A stretch of DNA of 64,000 nt, taken from Podarcis erhardii (lineage: Eukaryota). Shown piece after piece: positions 37,331 through 51,083 of the stretch. Location of the stretch: the NCBI GenBank assembly GCA_964252035.1, contig OZ176203.1. One strand, written 5' to 3'. Made by a program: the position numbers and the translations under genes. A model generated the notes under the pieces. The model was not told the origin of the DNA. It was given only the letters and a program-made list of their open reading frames with translations, and searched no databases. Position 1 is the first letter of the stretch; each line of letters opens with the position of its first letter.

Positions 37331-38160
37331 TTATTATTTGTACCCCACCCATCTGGCTGAGTTTCCCCAGCCACTCTGGGTGGCTTCCACAGAAACAAAA
37401 AATACACTAAAATGTCACACATTAAAAACTTCCCTGCCTTAAGATGTCTTCTGAATGTCAGGTAGTTGTTTATCACTTTGACATCTGATGGGAGGGCGTT
37501 CCACAGGGCGGGTGCCACTACCGAGAAGGCCCTCTGCCTGGTTCCCTGTAGCTTTGCTTCTCACAATGAGGGAACCGCCAGAAGGCCCTCGGCGCTGGAC
37601 CTCAGCATCCGGGCAGAACAATGGGGGTGGAGACGCTCCTTCAGGTATACTGGGCCGAGGCCATTTAGGGCTTTAAAGGTCAACACCAACACTTTGAATT
37701 GTGCTCGGAAATGTACTGGGAGCCAATGTAGGTCTTTCAAGACTGGTGTTATGTGGTCTCGGTGGCCACCCCCAGTCACCAGTCTAGCTGCCACATTCTG
37801 GATTAGTAGTAGTTTCTGGGTCACCTTCAAAGGTAGCCCCACAAAGAGTGCATTGCAGTAGTTCAAGCGGGAGATAACTAGAGCATGCACCACTCTGGTG
37901 AGACAGTCCGCGGGCAAGTAGAGTCTCAGCCTGCGTACCAGGTGGAGATGGTAGACAGCTGCCCTGGATACAGAATTGACCTGCGCCTCCATGGACAGCT
38001 GTGAGTCCAAAATGACTCCCAGGCTGCGCACCTGGTCCTTCAGGGGCACAGTTACCCCATTCAGGACCAGGGAGTCCTCCACACCAGCCCACCCCCTGTC
38101 CCCCCAAAACAGTACTTCTGTCTTGTCAGGATTCAACCTCAATCCATTAGCCACCATCCA
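37280..38160 (-). mobile_element. 5'-truncated young L2 LINE with (AAT)n tail
   Basis: WMVANGLRLNPDKTEVL...SRLNYCNALFVGLPLK...HITPVLKDLHWLPVHFRAQFKVLVLTFKAL (ORF 37561-38238). Confidence 0.93.
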
Positions 38161-38173
38161 TCCTCCAACCACC

Positions 38174-38303
38174 TTATTTATACTTCGCCCATCTGTCTGG
38201 GTCCCCCCAGCCACTCTGGGCGGCTTCCAACAAAACACTAAAATACAACAACCTATTAAACATTAAAAGCTTCCCTAAAGAGGGCTGCCTTTAGATGTCT
38301 TCT
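38174..38303 (-). mobile_element. Short L2 3'-end copy directly adjoining the preceding L2, head to tail
   Basis: cccagccactctgggcggcttccaacaaaacactaaaatac...agggctgcct is almost identical to 63880-64000. Confidence 0.85.
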
Positions 38304-41165
38304 TTTTTTAAAAAAAGTCATTTTTGTTTATCTGAACCAGGAATTGCCAATGTTTTGGACCATGACATCTATGTGGCCCAGCCATGATGGGTACCAGTAA
38401 TGGTCAAGGACAAGGAGATCTGCAGTCCACAACATCTGAATAGCACAACATGGTCTAGCCCAATCTGCACCTTCATCATGATCATTTTCAGAGTGCAATC
38501 TCATCCACGCTTACTTAGGAGTGCGCTAATTTGAATCCCGTGGTACTCCTGCAAAAATATGCATTGGATCAGGCTTAATTACATTCAAACTCCAATGTAC
38601 AGGAAGCAAAATGCATCAATGTTTTGCAACCTTTTCTTTTCTCTTTCTCTTTTAAACATAGATATTGAGTAGTGAAACTGCAGGACAGGCAGAAATTGCC
38701 AAATAAATAAATAAATTGATCTCCCATCATGCCCCAGCTAGGGTAGCATTGCAATGGGAAAACCGCCAGGGAAATTAAATGAAAATTAAATAAATGAAAA
38801 TTGGCAACCCTAAATGAACCTCCTCTGTAAAAAATAAATAAACATAAACATACTACTTTATGAGAAGCCTCCAGTGGGTTGGTTCACATATGTGACAATG
38901 CTACAATCATCCTGATGGTTTTGCATATTTGCAAACGTGCACACAAAGTAATGGCGAATGAAACAGTCTTCTAAATGCATGGGGAAAGATAAGGAAAACA
39001 CTTGGATTTCTATTTTTCTTCTTCTTTCTGAGGGCTTTTTCTTTTTTGAGCTTTATCACTTACTAGCTTAGAGCATACAATGCAATCAACAATTTCACTT
39101 GAGTATTCACACATACACAATCAAATTTCCACTTTCTTTCCAGTCAGGGAGTAGTCACAGACTGTAGCATATGGTGCAAAAATGTGATTTGTGATTATCG
39201 CACAAATACCTCAACTCAGTCTATGACCAAGCTCAGTAATGAAAGCTCTGCCAGCCAGAAGGAGCCTGATGTTGCTAAAGTCACCTTGTAAATGCTCCCT
39301 CTCTCCACAGGCAGTTGGTTACAGTTTTAGAAGTTCTGAATGGAAACAGCTAATGAAGCAGTTAAACCTATAGTATTTAGGAAATAAATGTGTATTGCTT
39401 TTGCCTTCTTTTACATTCAGAGTTAACTAATCATGCAAGGAAGTGCCATGGGGCACTAGCTCTGCCCCCCACCCCCAAATCACCATTTTGATCATCCTTC
39501 AGAAAAACCTTGCAAACACTCGTTTGAGCAACATTCACCTGTCAAGTTATTCTGTTTCCCTGAGTTCCCCTAACTATTAATTTTCTCTTTATATTTGAGT
39601 TTTCTCAAAGCCACTTCCAGAAATGTTTAGTGGCATTAGTTTAATGCTCATCTCCAGATTATTTGCTTCCAGAAACAAATCCATTGGCAAATAACACATA
39701 AATGAGCACCAAATTTGTGCTTGTTTCCAGAAGTGGGTTTTATGTCGTTTGAAAGCTGAAGCATAATGCAGAAATTATCAGTTAGGGAAACATCAGGAAA
39801 TGTGAAGGCAGCCTTGCAAAGTCCTCTGTTTTTCATCACTGGATCAATGTTTCAGCTTTAGACAACTTATTTGATAAGTACATAGTCTAACTCCAAGCAA
39901 GTTTAATCAAAAGCAAGTTCCACAGAGCTCAGTCTCATATTCCCGAGTAAGGCTGCATTCAGATGGCACTTGGCTTTCCCCCTCACATTTTCTACCTGAC
40001 AAATTTCTACCTTTTATGTGATCTTTCACACAACATAAAAGCCACTTCTGGCAATGCAGTGCAATTGCCTGGAAGTTTAGTACTCATTTCTGCATTCTTT
40101 TGGGAAATAAATCCACTTGCAGGCCTGCTAACTCGGAGAATTGCAAGAGTTTCACGTTGTAATTTCAGGAGATTAAATCTGGGGCGGTATTACAGCATAA
40201 TGAAGTTCTTTCCCACTATTTGAAATTTAGTGTGACATGGAGGTACATCAACCCCAAAAGCCACAGCTCCCTAATACAGTAAGTAATGAAGTTTAAAAGG
40301 AACACTATAGATTGGGACAGAAGTGCTGGCATTATAACCAGCAATAAACCTCACATCTGAATGTAGCCAAACTATGCTTATGATTGTTGCTTAAGTGAAA
40401 TTGATGAGTGATTGAGGCAGCAATACTATACTGTACACACTTCCCTGGGAGTGAATCCCAAATAACTCAATGAAGCTTTCTTCTGAGTAGACACATAAGT
40501 ATGTATTAGATTGCGCTGTAACAAATTGTTCCCTTCTAGCTGCAAAAATAATAATTTTTAAAAAAATGACCAGAAGACTTTTAGATTGAATTTAAATAAC
40601 AGCAGTCCTTTTAAGAATGCTGCCACTGTTTATTACTATCTTCAGGTAGTCTCAAAACCATTTGACACAATCTTTTTCACAACTTCGTGAACAACAAACC
40701 TGAGGTAAACATTGCATTTTGTTATTATATCTTTCCAGCGCAATATGCTATTGTGCTAGTGCTCTGATTATTTCCTCATGACAGTTTTCATCTGACTGTC
40801 TTTTCATGTAACAATTTCCAAACAAGACCTGGCGGCAATAATACAGTCATGGGTATATTCCTGTATTTGACATAGCAACGCACAAACCTAAAATGTGGCA
40901 GTCTTCAGTTTGCGTAGCATCATGGGGAGTTTGAGCCACAACTGAGGCACAGGAATTTATAACACACCCTTCTCTCTCCTTTTTTTAGGAGAGAGACCTG
41001 ATTTCACAATCTGAATTCAGCCACTAAGGTCAACGGATGACCTTGAACCAGTCTTCTCTGTCAGCTAAATCTCTAGCTTGTTGTGAGGATGAAATGCAAG
41101 AGGAGAGGAAAAGGTACTTATTGTCATCGGAAGGAAGAAAAGAGTGGCTGGGGAAACCCAGCCAG

Positions 41166-41321
41166 NNNNNNNNNNNNNNNNNNNNNNNNNNNNNNNNNNN
41201 NNNNNNNNNNNNNNNNNNNNNNNNNNNNNNNNNNNNNNNNNNNNNNNNNNNNNNNNNNNNNNNNNNNNNNNNNNNNNNNNNNNNNNNNNNNNNNNNNNNN
41301 NNNNNNNNNNNNNNNNNNNNN
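41166..41321. other. Assembly gap (N run), preceded by a ~25 bp L2 3'-UTR piece
   Basis: N run. agtggctggggaaacccagccag lies immediately before it. Confidence 0.98.
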
Positions 41322-42351
41322 TATGCTGTGCCAAATATTCAGATCTTGGTAGTCTGGTAGCATGATCAGTATATAGTTCAACACAACACAAAAATCAGCA
41401 GAGTGACTCATGTGTTCTTAGATATTCAGATGTCCTGTTTGGTGGTTCCCTTGCTTGTGTAGGTATGAATGAGGGCAATTAGATCTTGGTTCTTTTCTGT
41501 GATGGTATTCATTCTTTTTTCTCCAATTCTCCCTTGGCATGGCAACCATGGCAACCTGGTGATCACTACCTCAGTGTCCATAAGTTCTCACCATGTGGCT
41601 CATGCCCACATGTTGCGGAATAACCAAGGTGTGGTCATGAGACACATAGTGCAGCTCTGTGTCCCATACCTAGGGACTAAGCCCCATTAAATTCAGCAGA
41701 GCCTGTCATTATCTCATTGCGATGAGAACTGCTGTGTGTACGTGAGAAGCTCAAATACAGTCTTGCCACACAAAACATCCTCTGCATCGCAATTAAAGCA
41801 GCTGCAATGCAATGTCTTGTTTGATCGAATTGGGCTTTAGTGTGAACATGCACAAAAGTGAAAGGTATATATATGTAGTTGTTCTTTTCTGTTATTCTCC
41901 ACAGCAACAGTTTATACTGCTAATTTGTTGTGTGCCATAATGCACACCATTTCTTTGTCATATTATATGAGCCTCTCTCCTAATAACAACTGCTTACGCA
42001 ACCATTTTCAATTACCTATTTTTAAAAAGCCATTTTCACAGAAAGATTCTGTTTCCATAATGTTCAATCACCCACATCTTGGTCTCTCTCTGTTTCTCTG
42101 CAACCACTGGAAATGAATGCAAGGAGAATCTATGAGATTCAAGAAGAGATAAAGACACTCAGGCTCAGTGTGATATTCAGAATCTTTGAAACGTATTCTA
42201 AAAATAAATTTGCCAGAAATAGGTTATTTTTAAAAATGAACTGTTCTATTTCTGTCTCTAATTAAATGAATGCAATTTCACAGTAGTACTATCAATAAAT
42301 TAATTCCGCCCTATTCATCCATGAGAAATGCTATATAAGCTAGGGAACACA

Positions 42352-42523
42352 GAACACATGAAGTTTTCTTATTCTGTGTCAGACCATTGGTCCATCTATT
42401 GTCAACGCTGACTGTTAGCCACTCTCCAGGTTTTCCCTGCTCTACCTGGGCATGCTGAAGATTGAACCCAGAACCTTCTGCATGCAAAATCAGATGCTTC
42501 TCTCACAGAGCTACAGTCTTCTC
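42352..42523 (-). mobile_element. tRNA-derived SINE with LINE-type tail
   Basis: gattgaacccagaaccttctgcatgcaaa..cagatgct (tRNA-like head, antisense) and tcagaccattggtccatcta (tail). Confidence 0.65.
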
Positions 42524-42846
42524 ATTACTGAAGATTCTGCTTCCCAAGCCTAAGTGCTGCTCCTCACATTATGCAGTGATAAAAATGTCAAATGTACACT
42601 TGATGTGAAGCACCAGAATTCACCTGCATGTTGCATACTCATTGGGTTGGCTCAAGGCTGTATTACTTAAAACAATGTCCTAGTCCAATCAGTGCGAACA
42701 GTTCATCATGGCTACCCATTGATTCCACTAGGAACTAAGCTCAACAAAATTAGTCTGGAGACAACCCATTATGTTTATAGCATATATTAATGCCCTGATT
42801 CAGCAAAGAAGCAGGCCAGGTTTGCCCACACACAGCTAATGAGGAC

Positions 42847-42886
<40 letters not shown>

Positions 42887-43262
42887 TTATACCCCGCCCA
42901 TCTGGCTGGGTTTCCCCAGCCACTCTGGGCAGCTTCCAACAAAATTTAAAATACAATACTCCGTCAAACATTAAAAGCTTCACTAAAGAGGGCTGCCTTA
43001 AGATGTCTTCTAAAAGTCTGGTAGTTGTTTTTCTTTTTGACATTTGGTGGGAGGCGTTCCACAGGGCGGGTGCCACTACTGAGAAGGTCCTCTGCCTGGT
43101 TGCCTGTAACTTGGCTTCTCACAGCGAGGGAACCACCAGAAGGCCCTTGGCGCTGGGCCTCAGTGTCCGGGCAGAATGATTGGGGTGGAGATGCTCCTTC
43201 AGGTATACTGGACCGAGGCCATTTAGGGCTTTAAAGGTCAGCACCAACACTTTGAATTGTGC
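42847..43262 (-). mobile_element. 5'-truncated young L2 3' end with (AAT)n tail
   Basis: Same family as 37280-38160. ORF 42846-43076 reads APALWNA... Confidence 0.9.
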
Positions 43263-43820
43263 ATCTTCATTCACACTGATATGCTTATTCAATCCCTACT
43301 TCACTAGTCAGATGTGTCTTTTAAAAATCATAAGGTTGTGAAAGCCCATCCTGGGCAGCTAGTTGTTTTGCATCCTTAATCATGTGCAGCTAGAACTGGA
43401 TCAGAGTCAAAATGTCTTCCATTATCCATTAGAAGCCTAATATGGGAAGAAATTATAGCAAATTTCATTACTTGGGAGAGAGGCAATTCCAGGCGCAGTG
43501 GCACAAACCACTTCAGCAAGACACTGACAGGTTCATCTAATCCAATGGCTTTAAATGCATTAATACATTGCATGCTACTATCTGCATGGCACTCAATATT
43601 GTTGGAATTAAAAATCCCATTCAGCACTAGTGCAGATACATGCAACATATTTATATAAATATCATTATTGATATTCCAATATTTTGTTTCCTTATCAAGT
43701 TGGACACCATTATGTCAGAGTCAAAGCTGAGAGGCAAGAACAGATTATTCAGTTGTGAAGGTGGGGCACATTTCTTCAGTAGGGCCTGATGATTAATTGC
43801 TTGGAAAAAGAATAAAGGTA

Positions 43821-44351
43821 CCATATTTTTCATCCCATAGGGCGCACCAGCCCATAGGATGCACCTAGTTTTTTGGGGGGGAAATAAAGAAAAAAAATTA
43901 TTTCCCCCCCAGGTGCGGGGCTGGGGTGGGGGAAGCCCAAGCTTCCCCCGACCCCAGCCCCCAGAACAGGCTGCTATCCGCAAAGCCATGGGAGAGCTGT
44001 GCGACTTCATGCAGCTCTCCCATGGCTTGCAGAGAGCCACGCGAAGCCCAAAGCCTGGGGGGCACTGAGCTCAGCGCGCCCCAGGCTTCTGGGTGCACGC
44101 AGCTCTCCGCAAGAGGTGGGAGAGCTGCGTGACTTCATGCAGCTCTCCCACGGCTTGTGGAGAGCTGCGCGAAGCCCGAAGCCTGGGGCGTGCTGAGCTC
44201 AGCGAGCCCAAGCTTCTGTGTGCAGGCAAGCTCCGACCCCCCTCGCTCTCCAGGCTTTAGCAAAAGCCTGCATTCACCCCATAGGACGCACACACATTTC
44301 CCCTTCATTTTTGGAGGGGAAAAAGTGCGTCCTATAGGGTGAAAAATACGG
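43821..44351. mobile_element. Tc1/mariner (Tc2/pogo-like) MITE with internal GC-rich palindromic tandem units
   Basis: TIRs ccatatttttcatcccatagg / cctatagggtgaaaaatacgg, TA on both sides, two ~128 bp internal units starting at 43989 and 44117. Confidence 0.85.
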
Positions 44352-44439
44352 TATATATTTTTCTCAAATTTATTTACCTCACTCTGGGTGCAAAACTGTC
44401 AAATTAAAATATATTTAATAAGATCCAGAAGGGGATATG

Positions 44440-44441
<2 letters not shown>

Positions 44442-44477
<36 letters not shown>
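44442..44477. repeat. (TA)n microsatellite
   Basis: Direct reading. Confidence 0.95.
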
Positions 44478-44480
<3 letters not shown>

Positions 44481-45266
44481 TGAGATAACATGTTTAAATA
44501 TGATATCAGTGCTTTTTTGCTCATGGCCAAAGTGCTGAGCTAATTAAATTCTTGTCTGTCACTTTGGTTTTGTGCAGCAAGAAGACAGATCCAAATCTTT
44601 ATGAGGTGGCTAATATCATAATAAATAAAATTTAACTGGCTTTAACACTGGTTATTACTTAATAATGGGAAATTGTTTATTTGGTGTTGATTTCTGGCTA
44701 CCAAGGCAGCCCTTAGTCTGGAAAAGCTATTTTCCTGATTTTTATGATGTTGCAGCACCATAAATGGTCAAAGAGGCTTACTGCAGTTTATCAGTCCACA
44801 TGAACCATGTGATTTGAGCAACCATCGAAGAGCTGGTTCTATACCAACATATCAATCTGAGGAAATGCAGTAGCTGCGGTCTTCTGGAATCAGCCTCTGC
44901 CCATGTTGGACAATGTTAACTATGTCTGGGTCTTCTGATCTTTCTCTGTCTGCCTTTCGACTTAACCTCAGCCTGCCCTGAACTATAACATTTGCCCTTG
45001 CTTTTACCCACAGTTCTGTTTTCTCATTAATCTGCTTTAAAACACAAACACCTCCAAAATAGGCATTCAAATATGTAACTTAAACCGTATTTTCCCTCAA
45101 CATAGTATATTTTCTCTCAAAATACTTAGTTGCAGCATTTAGAAGAATGTGAAATGTTGTAGAGAGATAATACTGTAAAGTAATCGTCCAGAAGTGGCTC
45201 GGGCCATTTCAGGGGAAGTTGTGAAGATCAAATTCCTTAAGCGTTCCTGCTTCATGGATTCTGATA

Positions 45267-45595
45267 CAGTGGTGCCTCGCAAGACGAAATTAATCTGTTC
45301 CGTGAGGCTCTTCGTATAGCGTTTTTTTTGTCTTGCGAAGCAAGCCCATTGACAGCTTAGCGGATTAGCGCTATTAGCGGTTTAGTGGCTTTTAGCGGAT
45401 CAGCTGATAAGCAGCTTAGGGCTTAGGAAAAGGGGGAAACAAGGGGGAAAACCCCACAGGAACTCGCAAGACATTTTCGTCTTGCGAAGCAAGCCCATAG
45501 GGAAATTCATTTTGCGAAGCGCCTCCAAAACGGAAAACCCTTTCGTCTAGCAGGTTTTCCATCTGGCGAGGCGTTCGTCTTGCGGGGCACCACTG
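45267..45595. mobile_element. Tigger/pogo-like MITE, second family
   Basis: TIRs cagtggtgcctcgcaagacgaa / ttcgtcttgcggggcaccactg, TA TSD, internal ttcgtcttgcgaagc repeats. Confidence 0.9.
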
Positions 45596-46789
45596 TATAG
45601 ACAGGGCTAAGCTACACCTCTCAGCTAGTGTCTAAGAAGTCTAATGTCTTGAGATGGGGCAGAAATTCAGTTTGGTTCTCTGAATTTTGTGATGCAGTTT
45701 TGTGTACATTAGGGATCAGTGCATAAAATGAATATATTAGTGAAAAATGCATTATGTTGTGGGAAATAGCTTGCAGATTAGGTATTTCAGAAGGAATGTG
45801 CACAGAAATGTTGACGAAGTGTCACAAGACATTCTTGTTAAAAATATATAGGTAGGAAACCTAAGAAACTGAATTTGGCCATCTTTACTCAGAAGCTTAT
45901 TATTCAGCTAAGCCCTTACTTAAAGCAGACACAAACCTCACTACAGTCAAGTGTACAGAGTGGATCTATATGTGTAGGCTCCTTCCTGTATGAATAATCA
46001 GATGCATCCGTTTTCTATGGCATTGTTTGTGGGTACAAAAGACTATGTGAATTTCTGAATACATGCTGGAATATGTGGAAGTTGTTGTTTATTACCGATT
46101 CTTCACCTCAAGGTCCTAGGACAGATCACAACTATTAAAAATATAGTAATAGGGCCAAGGGCAGCAGACATGACTATATCAGCCTCCCTCTGTGGATTCA
46201 TTAAATCCAAGAATGTCTGGAAAGGGCTTTAATTAAAGGGGAGATTTGTGGATGTACAAATACTAGCAACTCTATGAAGAAGACCAGGATTAGATAACAA
46301 AGATAGGATTTTGAATTTAAGTCTCTTAATTTTCCAAGTGTAGTTACAGGCACCAGTGTTGCAACACAGCAAGTGTGAAGGGTTTATGGCAATAGAGTGA
46401 GTCTCTTTATTAAAAAGTCCTTTAACTAGAGGACAGAAAATTGAATTCAAGCAATGGAAGAGTAATTCTAATTCTAATGAAACATACTCAGTCAGGACTT
46501 CTAAACACTTAGATGGGGAAAGCCTTTGAATAATGATGAGCTGATTAAACACAACATGGAAGGCTGAAAGAGGAAAGGTGTAGAGAAAGGAAGAGAATGT
46601 GTTGTGTTTAAATATGCAAGACAGTCTAATTTAAAATACTAATGCTTCATATTCGTCGGCTCCACAACTGAATGCAACTTGAATACTTGAAAAGCGTCAT
46701 CATCATCATTATTGATTTGTTCACTTTAGCTGGAATATCCATTATGAATGCACATTTCAGAATTTCATAGAAATTCTTAATAAGGCCAA

Positions 46790-47423
46790 ATCATAGAATC
46801 ATAGAAGTGTAGAGTTAGAAGGGACTCGGAGGATCATCTAGTTCAGGCATGGCCAAACTTGGCCCTCCAGCTGTTTTGGGACTACAACTCCCATCATCCC
46901 TAGCTAACAGGACCAGTGGTCAGGGATGATGAGGATTGTAGTCCCAAAACAGCTGGAGGGCCAAGTTTGGCCACCCCTGATCTAGTCCAACTCCCTATGA
47001 TGCAGAAATTCTCAACTAAAGCATCCATGACAGATGGACATCCAACTTCTGCTTAAAAATCACCAATGAAGGAGAGTCCACAACCTCCCGAGGGAGTCTG
47101 TCCCACTGCCAAACAGGTCTTATTGTCAGAAATTTTCCTGGTGTTTCTTGTAACTTGAATCCATTGGTTTGAATCTTACCCTCCAGAACAGGAGAAAACA
47201 AGTTTGTTCTGTCCCCTCTAGATATTTGAAGACGGCTATAATATCTTCACTCGGTCTGCTCCTTTCCATACCCAACTCCCTCAATGGTTCATCATAAGGC
47301 TTGGATTCCAGACCTTTGATCATCTCAGCCAACATCCTACGCACACATTCCAGCTTGTCAACATCCTTCTTAAATTGTGGCATCCAAAACTGAACACAGT
47401 ATTCCAGGTGTGGTCTGACCAAG
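46790..47423 (-). mobile_element. CR1 LINE 3' end interrupted by a hAT MITE
   Basis: LVRPHLEYCVQFWMPQFKKDVDKLE...KPYDEPLRELG (CR1 ORF2 C-terminus) and an (attctatg)n tail read as atcatagaatcatagaa on the plus strand. Confidence 0.92.
46844..46979. mobile_element. hAT-type palindromic MITE inside the CR1 tail
   Basis: caggcatggccaaacttggccctccagctg...cagctggagggccaagtttggccacccctg. 8 bp TSD atctagtt / atctagtc. Confidence 0.9.
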
Positions 47424-49258
47424 GACCAATGATTAGGACAAAGAAAGAGGTTCACAGAAGCATTCTATCTTACATAAGGGCTTCAGATGTTGACAGCTTC
47501 AATTAAATTTACTATTTCATGCTTCTATTTATGAGATGGCTTGTCCCCCAACCCTCAACACAATAGCCTGATCCAGAGTTGGGTGGTAAGATAAGCAGAA
47601 GTGGTTCATGAGTATTCCCTGCTGGTGCTGATCTTCTCCCCACCTCCCCATTTCAGTGAACAATAGTGACCCCCCTGCCAGGAACCTAGTGAAGTGGCTC
47701 TGTGGCATCAGATGAGCCAGTTCTGGAGACAAGATAACAAATCATAATATCAAAACACATTTTAAATATCTAGGGTATGTGGTTGTCAGATTGTGGCGAT
47801 GCTGTTGCTTCCTACCACCAGTACTATCATTGTCTACTGCTGCTGCATAGCAATGACTAATGAGCAGTATCAATAGTCAGAGGGATGATACCAAGACGAC
47901 AGCTGAGACTCTCCACTTGACTATATGGAGCGGTCCTCCCTATTTTCCTTCATTGGGACCTCAAACATCAGTGGCACCAGCAGCAGACTGGCTGATAGGT
48001 TTTCCTGTGTGTTTGCAGTCTCCCCATGAATGTGAGTCCCTGCTGTGTTCAGGCTTAATCTGATATGGTTTCCCAGCATTAAGTATTCACAAAACTGGAA
48101 CGCGGCTAATTTCTTCTCTACAACGATTTATGAAGGGCTGTATTAATTCCCATTGGCCATTCATATGCTTTACAATGTTTCACACATAAGATAAATGTGA
48201 TCAAGTTGGGCAGAGAATGTATCATGAATTTATTATCACCAAATAACGGTATACTTTGTACCCAGTTCCAGAATGGCTAAACTCCACACAATTTGTAGCA
48301 GGCTTCTGAATAATAAAGAAACAGGAACTCAAACAATGTGAGAACAGATAAAAGGGCTGTATCTGCAATGGATATTATTAAAACATTATTCAACCAGACC
48401 CACTTATAACTTCAGATACCTTTTTTAAAGCGGGGGGTGGAAGGAAAATCAGATACAGACACAGCAGAAAATAGGAACAGACAAGGAGATATATACGTAT
48501 AAAATATGAATGAGACAGAATGCAATGATGTTTTAAGAAATTTCCCGCACATAAAACCCTAGCAGTAATGGAGGAAAAATGTACTACATTTTCTTTCTTC
48601 ATTCCCCCCAACCCAACACATGAATATTACACATTTTCCATTGCTCAGAGTGTCAGGAACAGTGGGGATAAGGCATGTACTCTCGCAGTTTCACATAAGA
48701 TGGAATAGATGTACAAAAGAAGCTCTGTGAAAGAGGGAAAATACATTGTGCAGCAGACTTTCTCTCAGAGAGCTCCTTCATCAAGTACACCCTAAGAAGT
48801 CTGCTGTTGCTTCATCTGCTCCACAGATGATTCAGAGCTGGAAAGCCTGTGCAGAATTTCATGCTATTCTATTACAATCTTAAATAACAATGCCATCTAG
48901 TGGATATTCTGGCTCCAAAGCTTCGTGGCTCTCTCAGCGCAAGAGGCATTTTAGGAAAATGTGCCTGTGGAGAGAACGTATCCCTCCTTCCTTCCCTTCC
49001 TTTAAGAAAAAAATCTACTAGAGTTTTAATATCAGCCAGCGGTATAAATATCAACCTTGGGATTTGTTTTTGATACCAGAGCTCTGGCAAATGTGAGTTA
49101 ATGGTAAATATTAATAAATATAATGATAAATATTAATAAATATAATGGTAAATGGTAAATATAATGGTGAACGTGTGCAGATGTCTTTACCTTAACCTTA
49201 TGTAACTTCAGGATACGTGGGTTTCGCCAGTGGTCTGTCATTTAGACACAGGCTAATA

Positions 49259-49480
49259 CAGTGGTACCTCGGGTTACAGACGCTTCAGGTTACAGTCTCC
49301 GCTAACCCAGAAATAATGCTTCAGGTTAAAAACTTTGCTTCAGGATGAGATCAGAAATTGGACTCCTGCGGCGCAGCAGCAGCAGGAGGCCCCATTAGCT
49401 AAAGTGGTGGTTCAGGTTAAGAACAGTTTCAGGTTAAGTACAGGCCTCTGGAACGAATTAAGTACTTAACCAGAGGTACC

Positions 49481-49484
<4 letters not shown>
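49259..49484. mobile_element. Tigger/pogo-like MITE, copy 3, followed by (TG)n
   Basis: TIRs cagtggtacctcgggtta / taaccagaggtaccactg, TA on the left side. Confidence 0.92.
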
Positions 49485-49514
<30 letters not shown>

Positions 49515-50959
49515 TTGCATGTGAAAGTGTGAATACCGCGTGGATATGCGTGCCACAGCCCATCTACGAGACTGAATAATCTACTGCAATCTCAAGAGAA
49601 CAATCTTAAATGCATGTCCGTACCAAGGTCAAACCACTCAAGCACACAGTTCTTTCTGAGACAATTGCCCTGGAGCCAATTCATCTCTAGTCCAGAGACA
49701 TTGTTGGGGTTGTTCGCTGGATAACTGTATTTATCGGTGTGATGTATAGAGACACCAACCTAATGTTCCACCACTCCTCACTCAATTATCCATCAATGAA
49801 GCTATTGCCACAAAGGTATTTACTCAGGGGCACAGGGAGTAAACCTTCCTTGATAATCTCAGTGTCTGAATTGAGAGTAAGATCTCACACACAAACAAAA
49901 CAACAACACTACATCACAGATCAGAGTCCATATTGGACAGATGTTTATGGGAGCCACTGACAATTGAGTCCCCTCCTACCTGCATAGCTCCTCCTTGGTT
50001 TCTGATTAATAGTTATTGCAGAGCATGGTGCAAAATTGAAAGGTTTGGAATTTCTCTTGAACGCTCCTGATCATGAAGATCTCATCAAAAGAGAAATCGT
50101 ACTGAGATGAGATTTAGTGTGTGTGTGTGTGTGTTTTAAAGAGACAATTGATAAAAAAATGAATTCTAATGGGCTACAAAACATTAAAGACATGCAAGAG
50201 GATGGTACATAGAGAGCTGACGAGATGTGGTTGCTTTAACCATAGGTCATAGCAATAGAATAGGATGCAGATTTATCAAACAAATGTTTTCCTGGCTCAA
50301 AGTCGACATGTGATAATCAGATGCGAAATCCTATAAACAAGACAAGATACAGAGGAAAGAAATTGTATTAACCTTATAAACTCAAACCTAATTTTCAACA
50401 CAGCCAACGAAAAGAAGCCAATAGGTGCGTAAATTTCATTATCCGCCACTAAGCATATATTCATATATTTTAAAAGAAGAAATATTCTCTATATAGGAGC
50501 TAAGAAATCATTTCTAGGCCTACTCTTTAAAAAGCATAAAATGCCAAACAATGGGGATGTTCTTTGGCAATACCTGACCTTCAATTACAAAAATGATGCC
50601 TGGACCTTCAGATACTTTTCTTTCTTTCTTTCTGACCCAGTTAACCAGTGGCTGCATCAAGCCCTCGTGGGAGTGTCTAAACTGTGGGAGGGAGGGCTGA
50701 GGAAGATTTCTTTTGCCTGAAGAAGAATCAAAGAGGGTGAGCGAGGCAGTGGCAGGACTCTTTAAAGGTTCCTACCACCACAATCCCCTTACCAGATCCC
50801 ACTGGGCCATGCAAGATGCAATGCACTCTGAGATCTCATGAGAGCAGAGGCTCCTCTCCAAACTTAGCTCATCATGGCCACCTCTTCCGTAATTGGCCTC
50901 AATTAAGTAATGGTCATCTAGTCCCAATTAAGTAGAGGTCTTCTTTCACAGTCTGTTTC

Positions 50960-51083
50960 TATATGGAGTTTTGTTTTGTTTTTTAAATGTTTTATTGCTT
51001 TGTGTTTGCCATACTGGGCTCCTTGGTGAGGAAAGGTGGGATATTAAATGAATGAATGAATGAATGAATGAATGAATGAATGA
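50960..51083 (+). mobile_element. Short L2-type 3' end with (AATG)n tail
   Basis: tgtttgccatactgggctccttggtgaggaaaggtgggatattaaat, then (aatg)n at 51047-51083. Confidence 0.6.

Noticed and set aside
41037-41411. ORFs spanning the N runs (also 60962-61304)
   Set aside because: They are open only because of undetermined bases.
49100-49170. AT-rich 22 bp tandem repeat
   Set aside because: About 2.5 imperfect copies; ordinary local duplication with no spacers, so not CRISPR-like.
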